Origin: Phyllosticta citribraziliensis
Taxonomy: Eukaryota
Assembly: GCF_038025025.1 (NCBI RefSeq)
Contig: NW_027117343.1
Location: 1,054,001 to 1,118,000, forward strand
Length of the DNA stretch: 64,000 bases
Direction: 5' to 3'
Part shown: one piece after another, positions 1-12,713 of the stretch
Numbering within the stretch: the first letter of the stretch is position 1
How the letters are laid out: every line of letters starts with the position of its first letter
The notes under the pieces: model-generated
What the model was told of the DNA's origin: nothing
Database searches by the model: none
What the model saw: only the letters and a program-made list of their open reading frames with translations
Position numbers and translations under genes: made by a program

Positions 1-2134
1 CAGCAGCACACTCGAACTCTAACAAGAGACAGACATACAGGCGGCCTCGCGTGCCACTATCCAATTGCCCCTTGGAATTCCTCTCATCCAACGAATGCAG
101 ACTGCGGTGTGTGTCCAACGTGCCGTGCTGCGGGCTCAGCCCTACCCTATCTTACCGCATGTTGCATTGCGTCGCTCACCCCCGTCAGCCGGACCCTTCC
201 GAGCAAACCGAAGCAACAGCCTCACTGCCTACTCGACGACTCGACGAGCTGCTCACCGCAACCAGCCAACCAACCAAAACCTCTTCGTACAACAAAGCCC
301 TCCCGCAACGGCAATTGCGCCACGCCCACCGCTGTACACGCGCGCCGGCGAATGAAACGCGCCCCCACAAAGCGCGCCGTTGAGCCTTGAGCTTGTCCGT
401 CCCACATTCTGAGCTTGTTGTGGCGATTCAGTCGCGCCGTGGCTGGAAGCTTGCGTCGTGCGCGCCGTCAGAAGTCGGTGTGAGGTGCGGTGGTGCTGGG
501 CTGAAAACGCGCTGCCGGTGCTGGGATGCGAGCACACACTCACTCAGCGAGCAAGCGACGCAGGCTACGGCGACAGAGAGGGGGAGTAAGAGAAGGAAAG
601 AAGACGTCGCGATTGGGCGAGCGCGCGACAGGAGGGCGGCGAATCACGGCCGACGCGATGCAGACCCACGCCGTCACGTCGAGCGTAATCGGTGTCGTTG
701 GTTGGTCGTGGAAGTTGCCTTGTCAGAGTGAGAGTGCTTTGGGCTGCTAGGTATTGCGTTGGTTGTACGCATCTTGCGACTCCATTCGTCTTCTTCCTTC
801 GGGCTGTCATGATAAGGCGAGTACCATTCTGCGTTGGGCTGTCCGAGGACCTGCAGGAGGGCTGTGAATGGGTTAGGGCGTTGATGGATGCGCAACGTCT
901 TTCGGCATCCCTTTTCTGCTGGATGATGCTGCTTGCTGCGTGCTGTCGGCACGACGCATTGCTTCATGCAGCCTTGATGGCTGCGTTTACGCTGGCTGCG
1001 TCTTTTCTTTCTTCGCCCCGTTTGCCCCTTTCTCTGCTCTCTGCCTCACATTGAGTATTGCACTGAAAAAAGAGACGCCAGAATGTTCCCGAAGACAACG
1101 AAAACACCATTCCCAACCTCGTTCAATGAGGCTGCCGGTCCTACCATCGAGAAAACATTGCGTCCATTAATATCACGCTACACAAACACGCCCCGCGGCC
1201 TCCCGTCAGCCGCAGCGATGATGCGAAGAGGCCGCCCCCGCCTTGTCTCCCGGCCCACCCTCTTTTAGCTTGTGCGCCTTGCCGGTCAGGTCCCGTCAGG
1301 CCCCTGGCTATGTTGTACGAGTTCCTACAGCCTTGGGACTGAAGCCTGTCGGCCTACGTTGTGCCAGGCTGCGTACTACTAAGAGAGTGGCTGAGGTGAA
1401 ATAGAGAGGTACATGAGGCAGTGATTGGCGTACAGGCTGGCTCAGCTGGACTGTACACAAATGCTGAGTGCGTGGCATATAGCCTCGTCTTCGTCCGCCG
1501 CCTTGGGTCTGCGCTGCCGGTTTGTGGAAGAATTCGACGCTATTTATGGACGAGTCCCAGCTCTGTCGATCATTTCTGCAGGGAGTGTGTCTGCCTTGTC
1601 GAAGAGATTTGCGCAGAGGCCGTTGCATCATGAAAGCTGCGCGGGGCTGCGGGTAGGGCTTGTCATCGCGGTTCCGAACGGGGACCCAAGGAGCCAAAGC
1701 TTGCGAACAGTAAAGGCAATCAAAGCGATATTGAATCTCTGCGATGAAAAATCAGGGCGAAGGAGTGAGGAGTGCGGAGGCGGTGTTGGAAATCAGTCAT
1801 AAGTTCACGCTCGAAGACAACAATGACACAGGTTGCAATCAGGATAGTAGGGCTACCTGGACCGCCAGGCAAGCTATGCCTTGCAAGCAAGCTATCATGG
1901 ACCCTTTGAACGGCTTCCAATGGTTTTGGTATTATTCCGCGCTTTATACTTCCCTGGTTTCACCAAGTGGCTGGGAATGAAAGGTGCTGTCGCCTCTGCT
2001 CGCTGCTTTCCAAGAACACGTCGAGGAAATGGCAAGTTTGCAGCAACTTTTGGATTGCGACAGGACGTCGCTTCAACTCGAGTACCACCTGACCTCAAAG
2101 CTTCTTCCTCCTCTTGGGGGATTCCCAAGCCACC

Positions 2135-3164
2135 TCAGACCGTTTCAATATCCGTGGTGGAGGCCGATTCACCAGTATATGGGTCGTATCGTCCCCAGTC
2201 CCAGCAGTAGTCATTGGACACTTGCTTGCAGCCGACGCAGTAGACAGTCTTTAGCTGTGAAGGTCCGTTGAGAGTCATCTTGTAACGGCAGTTTGGACAG
2301 CGGTAATAAACCCTCTCAGGTGGTCCATGGAAAACCCGGTTTTTGACAAACCATTGGACGTCAGCAACATGGTCGTCGAGGCGTTCAACTCTGGCACGTT
2401 CGGCATTTGTAGCGCGGGCGATAGCGTCTCTGAACGACTCGAAGGTCGCCATGACCACCAGAAACTCAGGGTCCGTCATGAGTTTGCCAAGTTGAAGAAA
2501 TGAGAAGTCTTCGAGCCAATCCCGGAGAATCCTGTCGGTGTCTGGAGTTGAGTCGTACAGAATTGAGATCGCCTTTGGAATCACTGAGTATCCAGATGGA
2601 CCCAGGCCAAACATTGTCGACGTGAATCGGCGCTTGGCGTAGTGCTTCAGCGAGACAATGTTGTAAATTGAGCCAGCAATGTAGGCGTCGAGGTGAAAGC
2701 GCCAAGGCTCCGAGTCAGGCTGACCTTCAACGACGTGACAATCATACTCACGCTTGTAGGTGAATTGCAGCAACGCTATGATTGCCGTGGGCGGATCGTT
2801 GGGCATGTCAATAACGCCAGAGGCTGCTTCCTATGGCAAACGAATCAGAAAGACCTCCACGCGTGCGAGAACTTGCAACAGACGTAAAGAAATACTCACC
2901 TTGAAAGGTCCATTGAGAGCATTGTTGAAGAACAAGCTCCTCTCACAGACCACTTTTTTGTGGACATGGAATTCGCCGCCATCGCTGGTGCGGACTGTGA
3001 GATCGGTGGGACCGTGTTGCGAAATGGTACTGTGGAAGGTCAGTCAGGGGATACTGGGCGGAAAACTGATAACCATACGCATAGAGAGCCCACAGAAGGT
3101 CTGGGCTGGGCTTGGTGCTCATACTTTGAGACTCAGATTTGTCCGGCGGCGATGTGGAAGCCAT
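2135..3164 (-). CDS. BTB/POZ-domain protein with C-terminal CxxC...CxxC zinc-ribbon-like motif (copy 1, ~303 aa)
   Basis: Exons 3164-3079, 3029-2900, 2830-2135; introns GTATGG..ACAG and GTGAGT..ATAG. The spliced product reads TDLTVRTSDGGEFHVHKKVVCERSLFFNNALNGPFKEAASGVIDMPNDPPTAIIALLQFTY, a typical fungal BTB core, and ends with YRCPNC...YCVGC. Confidence 0.88.
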
Positions 3165-3860
3165 TGCGAAGGGTAGAATCGACCATCACTGGCTCCTGTG
3201 AGCGAGTGAGGTGGAGAGGGAGTGGTGCTTGAGGTCAAGAGGGTGTGATGGAGAGGGACGGGTGTGGGCGTTGGGTAGACGCGCAGCGGCGGTGTTGCTG
3301 CAAAGGAAAAGAAAAAGATGGAGTCACCAGCGTGCAACTCCCGACGTACATTGACCATGAGGCCTGCAGGCGCAGATACCGCCATAAGCGAGTATAACCG
3401 CGCCGACAGCGCACACATGACTCTACCCCTTGGCCCGCCACGTTTTTGGACACGGCAAAGGCGTTTTTGATTACTCCCCCTATAGCCCTCACAGTACGTG
3501 GAGTCGGAAAAGCAGAAAGCTTTGCAGGCAATGGATTTATACACGATGAGTGAACGCAGTGAACGAGTGGAGCTTTCATTTGCCTTCGTCTCGACGAAGA
3601 CGACGAAGAACATTGGCTACGTACTCAGACTCGCTGACGAAATGTCGTGCGGCCAAAGTTCCACTGGGTAGACAGTGATGCGAGGCTGACATGCCTCTTG
3701 CTTGGACTTTGAGCAGACCCTCCTGTCTATGTAGATGTGGATTGAATATCCACCCGATCCACCAGGTTCACCACCCACAGATGTCTAGAACCACTCCATT
3801 GACCTCTAGAAGGACCTTTCATTATTCACTCATCCCCTCCTCTTCGTACTCTTCGTCCTC

Positions 3861-4905
3861 CTAGGTCGTGCCGATAATGCAAGCGTTTGCGACGAAGATC
3901 TTCTTGCAAGCCGGGCAGTAGATGTTCTTAAGACCGCGAAGTTCGTTAGAGGTCATCCAGTGACGGCAGTTGGGGCAGCCATAGCGAAGAGTGTCTGTCT
4001 TCGCGATTTCGCCCTGGAGCTCGAGGACGTGGTCATGAAGCCTGGCGGACGCTCTTTGCTTGTGGCTTGCGAGAGAGATGCGGAAAGTGTCCTCTTCCTT
4101 CAGCAATTCCAAGAAATCGAGATCCTTGATGAGGTGATCCAGATTGTCTTTGGCCAACTCTAGGACGTAGTTGTGGATGCCTCTGTCAGCCGCTCCCTCG
4201 GGAATGAACGCGTAAATGTACGGCACCACTTCGAGCAGAAGGCTGAGGGTGGAATCGGACTCGCGCTCACGGCACGCCTCTTTGAACCAGTAGGTTCCAC
4301 GGCGAATGAGAGACTCAATATTGTAAAGGTCTCCGATAACACTGCAATTGAGTCAGTTCCGATTCGTGTTTTGAATGATGAGCAAGGGCATACTAGACAT
4401 CGAGATGGAAGAATCCATCCCACGAATAGTGCTCCGGGTAAAAGAGCTCGTAATCTCCAGTATAGACGAACTGGAGAAGGGCAGCAACGGCACCGGGGGG
4501 GTCGTTGTGCAATGGAAGGATTCCAGTCACCCCTTCCTGCGGAAATGTCAGAATCTCGTGGAAGCGTGAGCGGGGTCGGGTGTTGTACCTTGAATGGTCC
4601 ATCCATTGCAGCTCGGAAGAAGCTGGAGCGAGGACGCAGCACGTCTTTGTGGACGTTGTACTCTTGACCGTCGTTGGTGGTGACCTTCAGGTCTGGTTTT
4701 CCATGGTAGCCACGGCGCGAGACAATCCTGTAATGTGTGAGCCTTGTTCGCCAAAGAACGTGATGCGCAGCCAGTCTTACTCTGCCAGAACTTCCGATGG
4801 GGTTGGACGCCGCTCGCTGCTCTCTGTCGCGGGGTTGGGGTTCATTCCGCCGGCTGGCTGAATCATGAGCGGTCCTGTTGGACCTGCTGGAACTTCTTCA
4901 GCCAT
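3861..4905 (-). CDS. BTB/POZ-domain protein with C-terminal CxxC...CxxC motif (copy 2, ~295 aa)
   Basis: Exons 4905-4781, 4727-4589, 4536-4394, 4341-3861 with canonical splice sites. The product reads PDLKVTTNDGQEYNVHKDVLRPRSSFFRAAMDGPFKEGVTGILPLHNDPPGAVAALLQFVY...YGCPNC...YCPAC and is a clear paralog of copy 1. Confidence 0.88.
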
Positions 4906-5114
4906 GGCTGAACGTGAGGGGGAAGGTTGTGGTTTTGTCGTGTCAAAGACTGGGGGAAAGGAACAATGACAGAAATAGCTCGGCATTGTGGGCGGCGTGT
5001 TGGTGCAGGACCGTATCAATGTGTCCCATCGTTTTTCTAACGGTTGCTTTTCCTACTATTCGTCAACAAAGGCTAACATTCTGAGCGAGGGAAAATATGA
5101 GACTTGATCGGTGC

Positions 5115-6891
5115 CTACCTTACCTTCCTTTTCGGGATCTCGCTTATGGTCGCCAGCTCGCTTATGGTCCGTCCGCAGGGGACGTATAGACCGACACGCA
5201 TGTCCTCACTCGTACCTACCCAACTCATCAACCACCGCCCTCGACAACTCTTCCTCTGCTGACGACGTTGGCAGCCAAGCGTCGCTTTCACCTCTGGCCA
5301 TACCCTGAACGAGTCGCGAGGCACGATGTCGAAATATGCAGTTGTCCGAACCCCATTCCCGCCACGGGTGATTTCGACATCCACCCAGGACGTGCATTTC
5401 TTTGCTTGCTTCGGCTCAGCAAATGTCACCGAGCGAGAGGATGGAGGCCAGAGGTTCTGACCACCTAGGAGCGTCGTCAAACGGTCGCAATAACCTTCCC
5501 TTCCTGATCGGTTGCGAGCAGCGCCTTCGGTTGGACATGCCAGCAAACCACAAGCAGGTTCATCGAAAGTGGAATTGTCGATCGAGACCCTGAGCAGCTC
5601 AAATACCACTCAGCCCTAGATCGATTCCTCTCCGGCCTCAGAATGACGTCTGCATCGAACAAAAAGCGATTGACAGCCTCTCAGGCCAGCCGGTTACTGT
5701 TTTAATCTCACCCAGCACCTCGGCACCTTGCAGGCCAGGATCACCCTCCCTTTCTCCGACGCCTCCATACTCGATCCAGGAACGGTTGCTTGTCCGCCGT
5801 TGGCACTACGAGCAACGCTCCGTAAGGCTGGCAGGTCAAATTTATTCTACGGGCACAACGGTCGCGTTTACCGAGTTTTTGTAATTCGGGCAGCAAATTC
5901 CGCGCTTGTCTTTTGACCTGGGCTCGTGGTAGTCGCTCGAACCCGCAACAAGTGTTGGCGATACAGAAATCGACGATGGAAGGAATGCACCGGATTGAGG
6001 CGAATGCGGTCGCCAGCGATTGAGAAATTGCGCATCGAACGCTGGCTCCGGTATACAAACGGAGCTCCAAGAGCTAGGCCGTCGAAGGGACGTCGAACTA
6101 CCGAACAAGTACGGTAAGCATATCACACCAAGCGCATCCGCTAATTCAAGCATATCTACAGCAAAGTAAGCTTCCCCAGACTCTTCGCGGAAAGACGACG
6201 AACAAGCCTTTGAAAATCGCAACCTGTGGCAGTTGCCATGCTCCCAACCCGCAACATCCCCGCATACGAACCCCCAGGCGCCCAAAGCAGCATTACGGCG
6301 TATCCCGAAACACCCAGTGCTCGACGCAAATCGCGTTTGACAACGGAGCGTCTTTTACTATACACCTGGGCCACATCCGCTCCATCCCCACCGCTGGCGA
6401 TGCCTGTTCAGGCAACGCCGAAAGACAAACAGGCGCCTCAGGTTGGGCACATGGGCTAGAACATTCCTCGGATTTTGGCATGCCTGCAGACGACCGGTCG
6501 GTCGATCAGGGATCCGCGGCCCCGTTGGTGGACGATGCGCTTTGCTACCGAGGCGTTGGTAAACAAGTATTCTGCCGAGATGGACGGGGTTCCTGGGCGA
6601 CAGGGGGTTTTCTTTCGTCTCCCTGCTTGCCCTTTGGTTTATTTTGGAACAAAGGCTGACATTGAGAGCATCATGTCGAAAAGTAGCCAGTCTTATTAAG
6701 TCAACCTGCATGAGCTCAAAGACACAACTTTCCAACGGTCGAGTTATGTCTCCGTCGTGACCTTGTGGATTGCCCATCAGAAAGTCTTCATGAAAATCAA
6801 TTTGAAGAGACCATTCGCTCAGCCTATCCTCAGCCTCGGCCCATGAGCGTTCCTGAAACGGAACGGCCGTCGCTGCGGGCCGCCTTTGCAA
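5115..6891 (-). pseudogene. Possible decayed gene with leucine-rich-repeat-like fragments
   Basis: A chain of minus-strand ORF fragments in shifting frames carries LxxL-type segments (NVLAHVPNLRRLFV, LVRRLSAKSLGKLTLL, NLLPELQKL). I could not build an intact spliced model. Confidence 0.2.
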
Positions 6892-7222
6892 AATCAGCCC
6901 AGGTCAATCGGCGAACTAACTGCCGCCGTTTTGCGCAATACGGTCGCGACGGGGACGACCCTGACGAGAGGCATATTCCGCGCCATATTGATGGATGCTG
7001 GGCGCGTTGCTCGGTTTTCTGCGCGATGACTAGCTCCGCTGGTTCATTTCGAGCGGGCTGTCTTATTGTGGTGATGTCTTCTTGCTTCCCTTATTGGATT
7101 CTTGGTACACCGCTCTTCGTCACTCACTATCGTCTGCCAAGCATCGTCACTCGTTCCCTCGCTCTTTACTCCACCCTCTTTTCATCTTTTGGCTTACTGA
7201 GACCATCTACACACTCCTTACG

Positions 7223-8305
7223 ATGTTGGTCGTGCGGCTTTTCCGTTCGATTCTCGCGACTGTCTTTCTGTTCGGCGTTGCGGTACAAGCGGCGGCTCTC
7301 GCAAAACGCGGCGTACAATTGCAGGAGGTCAAAGACTACGGTCCCAACTCAGCTGGAGTTTCGATGTTTGTTTATGTTCCCCCAGGAGTGAGACAGAATC
7401 CTGCTGTGCTGGTTGCCATGTAAGTGGCCGCTCTCCTGTCCCACGAGGAACCCATCCATCCCATTTGAAGCTTCTCTACGATCTGAGCTTCGCTCTTGAC
7501 TGACTTCAAACAGCCATTGGTGCCAGGGCTCCGCTCAGGGCTACGCCGATGGCACGCCTTACCAAAAACTGGCGCAGCAAAAGAAAAACTTCATCATCGT
7601 CTACCCAAGCAGTCCTCACCAGGGTGGTTGCTGGGACGTCAGCTCGCCGCAGACTCTCCGCCACGAGGGTGGCGGCGACAGCACCAGCATCGCCAACCAG
7701 ATCAAGTACGCTACTTCAAAGTACCGGGCCGACAAGTCCAAAGTGTATGTCGTCGGCAGCAGTTCAGGAGCCATGATGACCGTAAGCGTCTCCCCCAAAA
7801 AGCCCACCTCGAAGTTGTAAAGACAAGCGACTGACGCAGCCCACAGAACGTCCTCGCCGCAACCTACCCCGAGCTCATCAGCGCCGCAACCGTCTACTCG
7901 GGCGTGCCAGCCGGCTGCTTCCGCAGCACATCGGAAAAAGTCGACGAATGGTCGCAGCCGTGCGCGAAAGGCGAAGTCACCAAGACGCGCTCGGCGTGGG
8001 CGGCCATGGTGCGGGCCATGGACTCGGGCGCGACGAGCGAGAGCAAGCGGCCGCGCATGCGCATCTACCACGGCGCCGACGACGCGGTGCTCAACCCGAC
8101 CAACTACCGCGAGGAGATCAAGCAGTGGTGCGGCGTCTTTGGATATGACGAGGACCAGCCCAAGCAGAGGAAAAATGGCGAGCCGCAGCAGAGCTGGAAC
8201 ACGAATGTTTTTGGGGAGAAGTTGGAGGCCGTGTGGGCGGATGCCACGGGACATACGGTGCCGTGTAGGGGTGATGATGATATGAAGTGGTTTGGGCTTG
8301 GTTGA
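7223..8305 (+). CDS. axe1: Secreted acetylxylan esterase, carbohydrate esterase family CE1 (PHB-depolymerase-like esterase), ~307 aa
   Basis: Exons 7223-7419, 7514-7781, 7847-8305. Signal peptide followed by KR; motifs VAIHWCQGSA, GCWDVSS, nucleophile GSSSGAMMT, YSGVPAGCF, YHGADDAVL, GHTVP. Confidence 0.92.
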
Positions 8306-9718
8306 GGATGTGGTAGGCAGCTCGGCGACGGATGCAGCGTTGTGGATACATGTGGTGTGGTAAATATCGAACAATGGCCGCCGTGGAGGCAGCGGATAGA
8401 TAGGCGTAGCGCCACATAGCAATCAGCATAGGACCGTGGAGCAAGTGAGGTATGTAACCAGACAGGAAGAGGCGGTAAAAAGTACGGGTGCGAGAAAGAG
8501 AACGCATAGATACTGCGTGTATTTGGATCGGGTGGTTGGGCTTGTAACTAAGGTATAGGAGGGAAGGAAAATGCATACATACATTTATTTTTTGCTCGAC
8601 TTGTGATGCGGTGATGCGGTAGCTGCTGCTGATGCTGCTTCTGCCACATCCACGGCGTTTTTTCTTTTTTTCTTTTCTCCATGCGGCACGATACGAGTTG
8701 TTGTTTGAAGTTACAAAAGAAAAGTAACAGCAAACAAAGGGAACAAGGAATGAGAACGTACGCGTGGGCGCGCATCTCTACAAGACAGACGAGACGAGCA
8801 AATCTATTATTACCACCTTCTGTTCTTCTTCTCCTTCTTTTACTACCCCTGTTCCGTCCTCGTCGCCTGGTGCAAAGGTAGGCAAGAGAAGACAGGCACA
8901 CTGACTGACTCGCCGTTCGCAGCGGCAGCAGTTCTCCCCCGCGTCCATTCGTCCGACCGTCCGTCCGACCTCAACATTTTCCCGGACTTTTCTTGTCCGC
9001 CGTGCCGTTCACCCAGAGACACCTGGACCCTGACGGAGCTCCGGAGTCGTCCGTCTAGCACGTCCTGATGCTGCCGCTGCGGCAATGAGCCACGACCCAT
9101 GCCGTCCGTCTCCGTCAAGATATCGGCAAGTCGAAGCGCCGAAAGGAGACACGAATGCTCGCCATGAAGAAACCCAGAGATCCCTCTCTCTCTCGAATTG
9201 CATGCACCAAATTCTCCTCCAGGACAACAGAGCCCAAAACATGCATCGCACCGCCTGCCCGGTTTGCTTGATTACACAAAAGTCATCTGCTTACTTGGAC
9301 CGATGCAGGTCCCTCTGTCCATCTCGTGCGCTCGTGATTAAAAGATATATAAGTGCAAGTGTAAGTGGGAGGAAAGACATTCCAAAAAGAAGAAAAGGGG
9401 GGGACGTCAGACTTTGGAGAAGGAAAGATGCATAGAGAGGGGGCATGCAAGAAGGAAAGCGCCATGCTTGAAAATGTTGATGCATGATTGATGCGAGCGC
9501 ATCTACTGCGTAGAGAGTGAGGCAGGAAGTAGCCTCGTGGACGGGATGCCAATGGCAGTGCGTCGAACAGGGAGGGGCGGTGTCGTGACAGCAGCCCTTG
9601 ACAAGAGGACGTCCTGTTTATCTCCTTGGGAGCAAAGACCGTCCGTCCGCTTTTGCGCAGCGCGATGACTTCTCGAGCCGGCCAGCAGTCTGCGTTCTCA
9701 ATCCATATTCTCATCGCC

Positions 9719-11891
9719 TCAATCCGACGACGAGGATCCGACTTTGCCCGCGAGAGGCATGGAGCTACGACTGCTCGACGCCTGCGGCTGCTCCTTGGCC
9801 TCGGCCGCCAGCGCCTTATTGTTGTCATGGCCGTCCTCCTCCGCCTCTTCTGGAATCTCGCGCGTCGGGCTCCTGAGACTGAAGCTTTCCTCGCCACTCG
9901 CACTCCCGCTGTTTGAGCTCTCCGTCCTGAGCGTTCGTTTCTTGTCCATACTCTTGCGGCCACGCGTCACATCCAAACTCTTTCTGAAGACATCCAACGA
10001 CATGCGACCCTTGCGGGCATCCTGTTCACCCTCTGGATCTTCGTCAATGGCTCGCATGCGATCTTCTTGCTTCTCCTGTCTCTTCTCCATCTTCTTGATT
10101 GCCTCCTCGGTGAGTTCCTGGCGGGACATGCGCTCGATGACGTCCTTCTTGCGCGACATGCGGTCACCGACGCTGATGACAATCCCCGCAGTAATGTTGA
10201 CAGTAATGGAGCAGGAGAGAATAGTGGCGGTGAGAGCCTGTGGGCGCGTCTTGTAGGGAATGCCCCATGTGCAGGCGCCGAGGGCAATTTGAAAACAGGA
10301 GTGCAAGTCCAAGAGAATGACAACAGCAACGAGGAGCCGCAGCGGAAAGGCAAAGTGTGTCTCAGTCTCGTGGGGTTTGTAAAAGGTGTGCGACTTGCAA
10401 AACTTCTTCTGGTGGTGCTCGAGCTTCTTCTGTTGCTTTTCTGTCAGAACGCTGAGCTCCTCCTTTTCAATGCGCCCTGTCTCGACGTCTTCTTCTTTTG
10501 CCGTCTGCTCTGGCAGGTCGTTTTCGTTTTCGAGAGTGGGCAGCTTTTTCTTTTGGCGAATCTTCCAGGTCAAACGGTGATAGTGGGCGATGTATATCAT
10601 GTGATACGTGTCAATGACGCGGAAGGGTGCCAGGCCGTCTCCAACAATGGCGAAGAGGGCGACGAGGACGTTGTCGATGATGTTGATGATGTAGAGCTGC
10701 TTGTTTCCCACGTAGATCCAACCAATGAGAAACAGCACCCACGCCAGGCCGAACAGCGTGATGAGGGTAGCGTAGAGCGTGACGAGAAAGCCCAGCGGCG
10801 TGCTGACGTACTTGCCAAACCCCTTCAAAGATCGTTTTATCCTGGATCTGCGAGAGTGTAACATGTGCCTGACATGATCGTCAAGCTCGAGTTTCTCCTC
10901 TTCAGACCATCCTTCCAGGGAGATTCCGTGTGGAAGGACTGCATGGCGGTTTTCGCTCAGCACCGAGGTAATGCTGAAGGTGCGATCCAAATGCGGCCGT
11001 TCTGCTGTCTGTGGCCGTTCTGTCGCCTGCGTCTGTACAGTGGTGGCAGTAGGTTGTCTTGATATGGGTTCCGTAGGCGCTGCAGCCAGGCCAACTTTCT
11101 CTTCCCCCGACGCTGGTTCATCGATTCGTGTCGGACGCCGCGACAGTTGGTATGCTGAACTCCGGTTGACGAACCTTCCAAGATCCGGGACGAAGAGGGA
11201 GTTTTGGACATTGGTGAGGGAGTTGAGGGTGGAGACCTCGGGATCTTGAAGTTGTCAGCACGCGCGCAACAATGAGTCTTTGACATGACGCACCAATAAC
11301 ATCGAGCAGATCTACAATCCTGGGATCGTATTCGAGCTCTGGCGGAAGCTGAGACATTTGGGCAGTTGTGCGATTGCGACCAAGACCGCCCAACGCAGCA
11401 GTACTCATTCTTCTCAGCCGGCCAGGGCCCGGTGGCGCGTTGGCCGTGGCAGGCCTGCTCGAGGGTTCGACAGGCTCATAATTTTCCACAGCAGTGTTCG
11501 GAGGCAACTCGGGAACAGAGGGCATATTATTCATCGGGGTCCGTGTCTGGGCCTGGTCGGCCGGGTTGAAGGACGGACGCTGCGGCTCGGAGCTGCTGCG
11601 GCGGCGATTTGCTTGCCATTGGTCGTCATCTTGTGGAGGTGGCCCGTCGACGGGGCTTTGGATGGTCTCGAGCCTCGGGATCGAGGTGGATGGCAGGCGA
11701 CGGAGGCGGATGGTTTGGGGACGAATCAAGTCGGGTCGTACTGGAAATCGGCGGGGGGAAGGGTTGCTTTGGCGCGAAGGCGAGCCTCGGTCGCTTGCAG
11801 CCGACGCATGCACGATTTCAGGAGTTGCTGAAGAATGGCGACGGCCGGGAGAGGCGGGCTGGCCGCTCTGGGGATGCTGAGGAGAGGCCAT
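9719..11891 (-). CDS. Conserved fungal integral membrane protein (DUF2985-type), ~707 aa
   Basis: Exons 11891-11294 and 11244-9719 (49-nt intron GTGCGT..GCTGAC..AAG). The junction restores DLLDVIDPEVSTLNSLTNVQNSLFVPDLG. About four hydrophobic helices (GFLVTLYATLITLFGLAWVLFLIGW; VGDGLAPFR). Confidence 0.85.
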
Positions 11892-12713
11892 GCAGGGACG
11901 GTGAAGGGTCGACCTGAGGTGGGTGTTTATGAAAAGTGTGAGAGCGCGATGATAGCCGGGGGGTGGTTGATGGCAGCGGCAGCCGAAACCCCGGATCCAG
12001 AACAAGAGGTTGGGAAGGCCTGGTCGGACACACGGCACGGGGCTCGGGCGCTAACTACGTCACCGGCGCCTTTTCCGTCCGTCTCGTCTCGTCTGCGGTG
12101 GGCCAATCCGTCGGGCTGAGGCTGTCAGGTAGGTGTGGTGTGGTTTTGGTTGTGCCTGTCGGAGGAGCTGGAAGAGCCGTACAGTACTGCAAGACTTGGC
12201 TTGGTGGTGGTGAGTGAGCAGACAAGGGCGGACAACGGAAGGGCAGCCGGCAGACGGAACTCGGAAGGCCATCGAAAACCTGCTTTTCTTCCTTGACTGA
12301 CTGGGTGGGTGCTGCAGATTGCAGAAGGGCCCGTGGGCCCTGGCCGACGCCTGTGTAGATCACACTCGCAGATCCACTGCACTGGCCACGCCCTGCAACT
12401 CCAACTTGACCCTTTTCTCCAATTGCTACCTAAACTAATTGCTTCTCGCCTTCTGCGGCTGTTTCGATTCTCCTGGTTTCGAAACATCTTCACCGTGTCC
12501 AGCGCACCAATGCCTCTTCCAACTTTCTGTTTCGCAGCCCAACCTAACCAATGCAGGGTATACAAGTCCAACCTTGACCATCATCAAAACAAGCCCTCAG
12601 CAGCCACTCGCACGACACCAACGCAAAATCCTTCCACCCGTCGCTGTCGAATCAAAAACCACCATCGTCGTCGTCTTCCCGTCCCGCCCTGGACAGGGGA
12701 GGCGTCATTGTCA

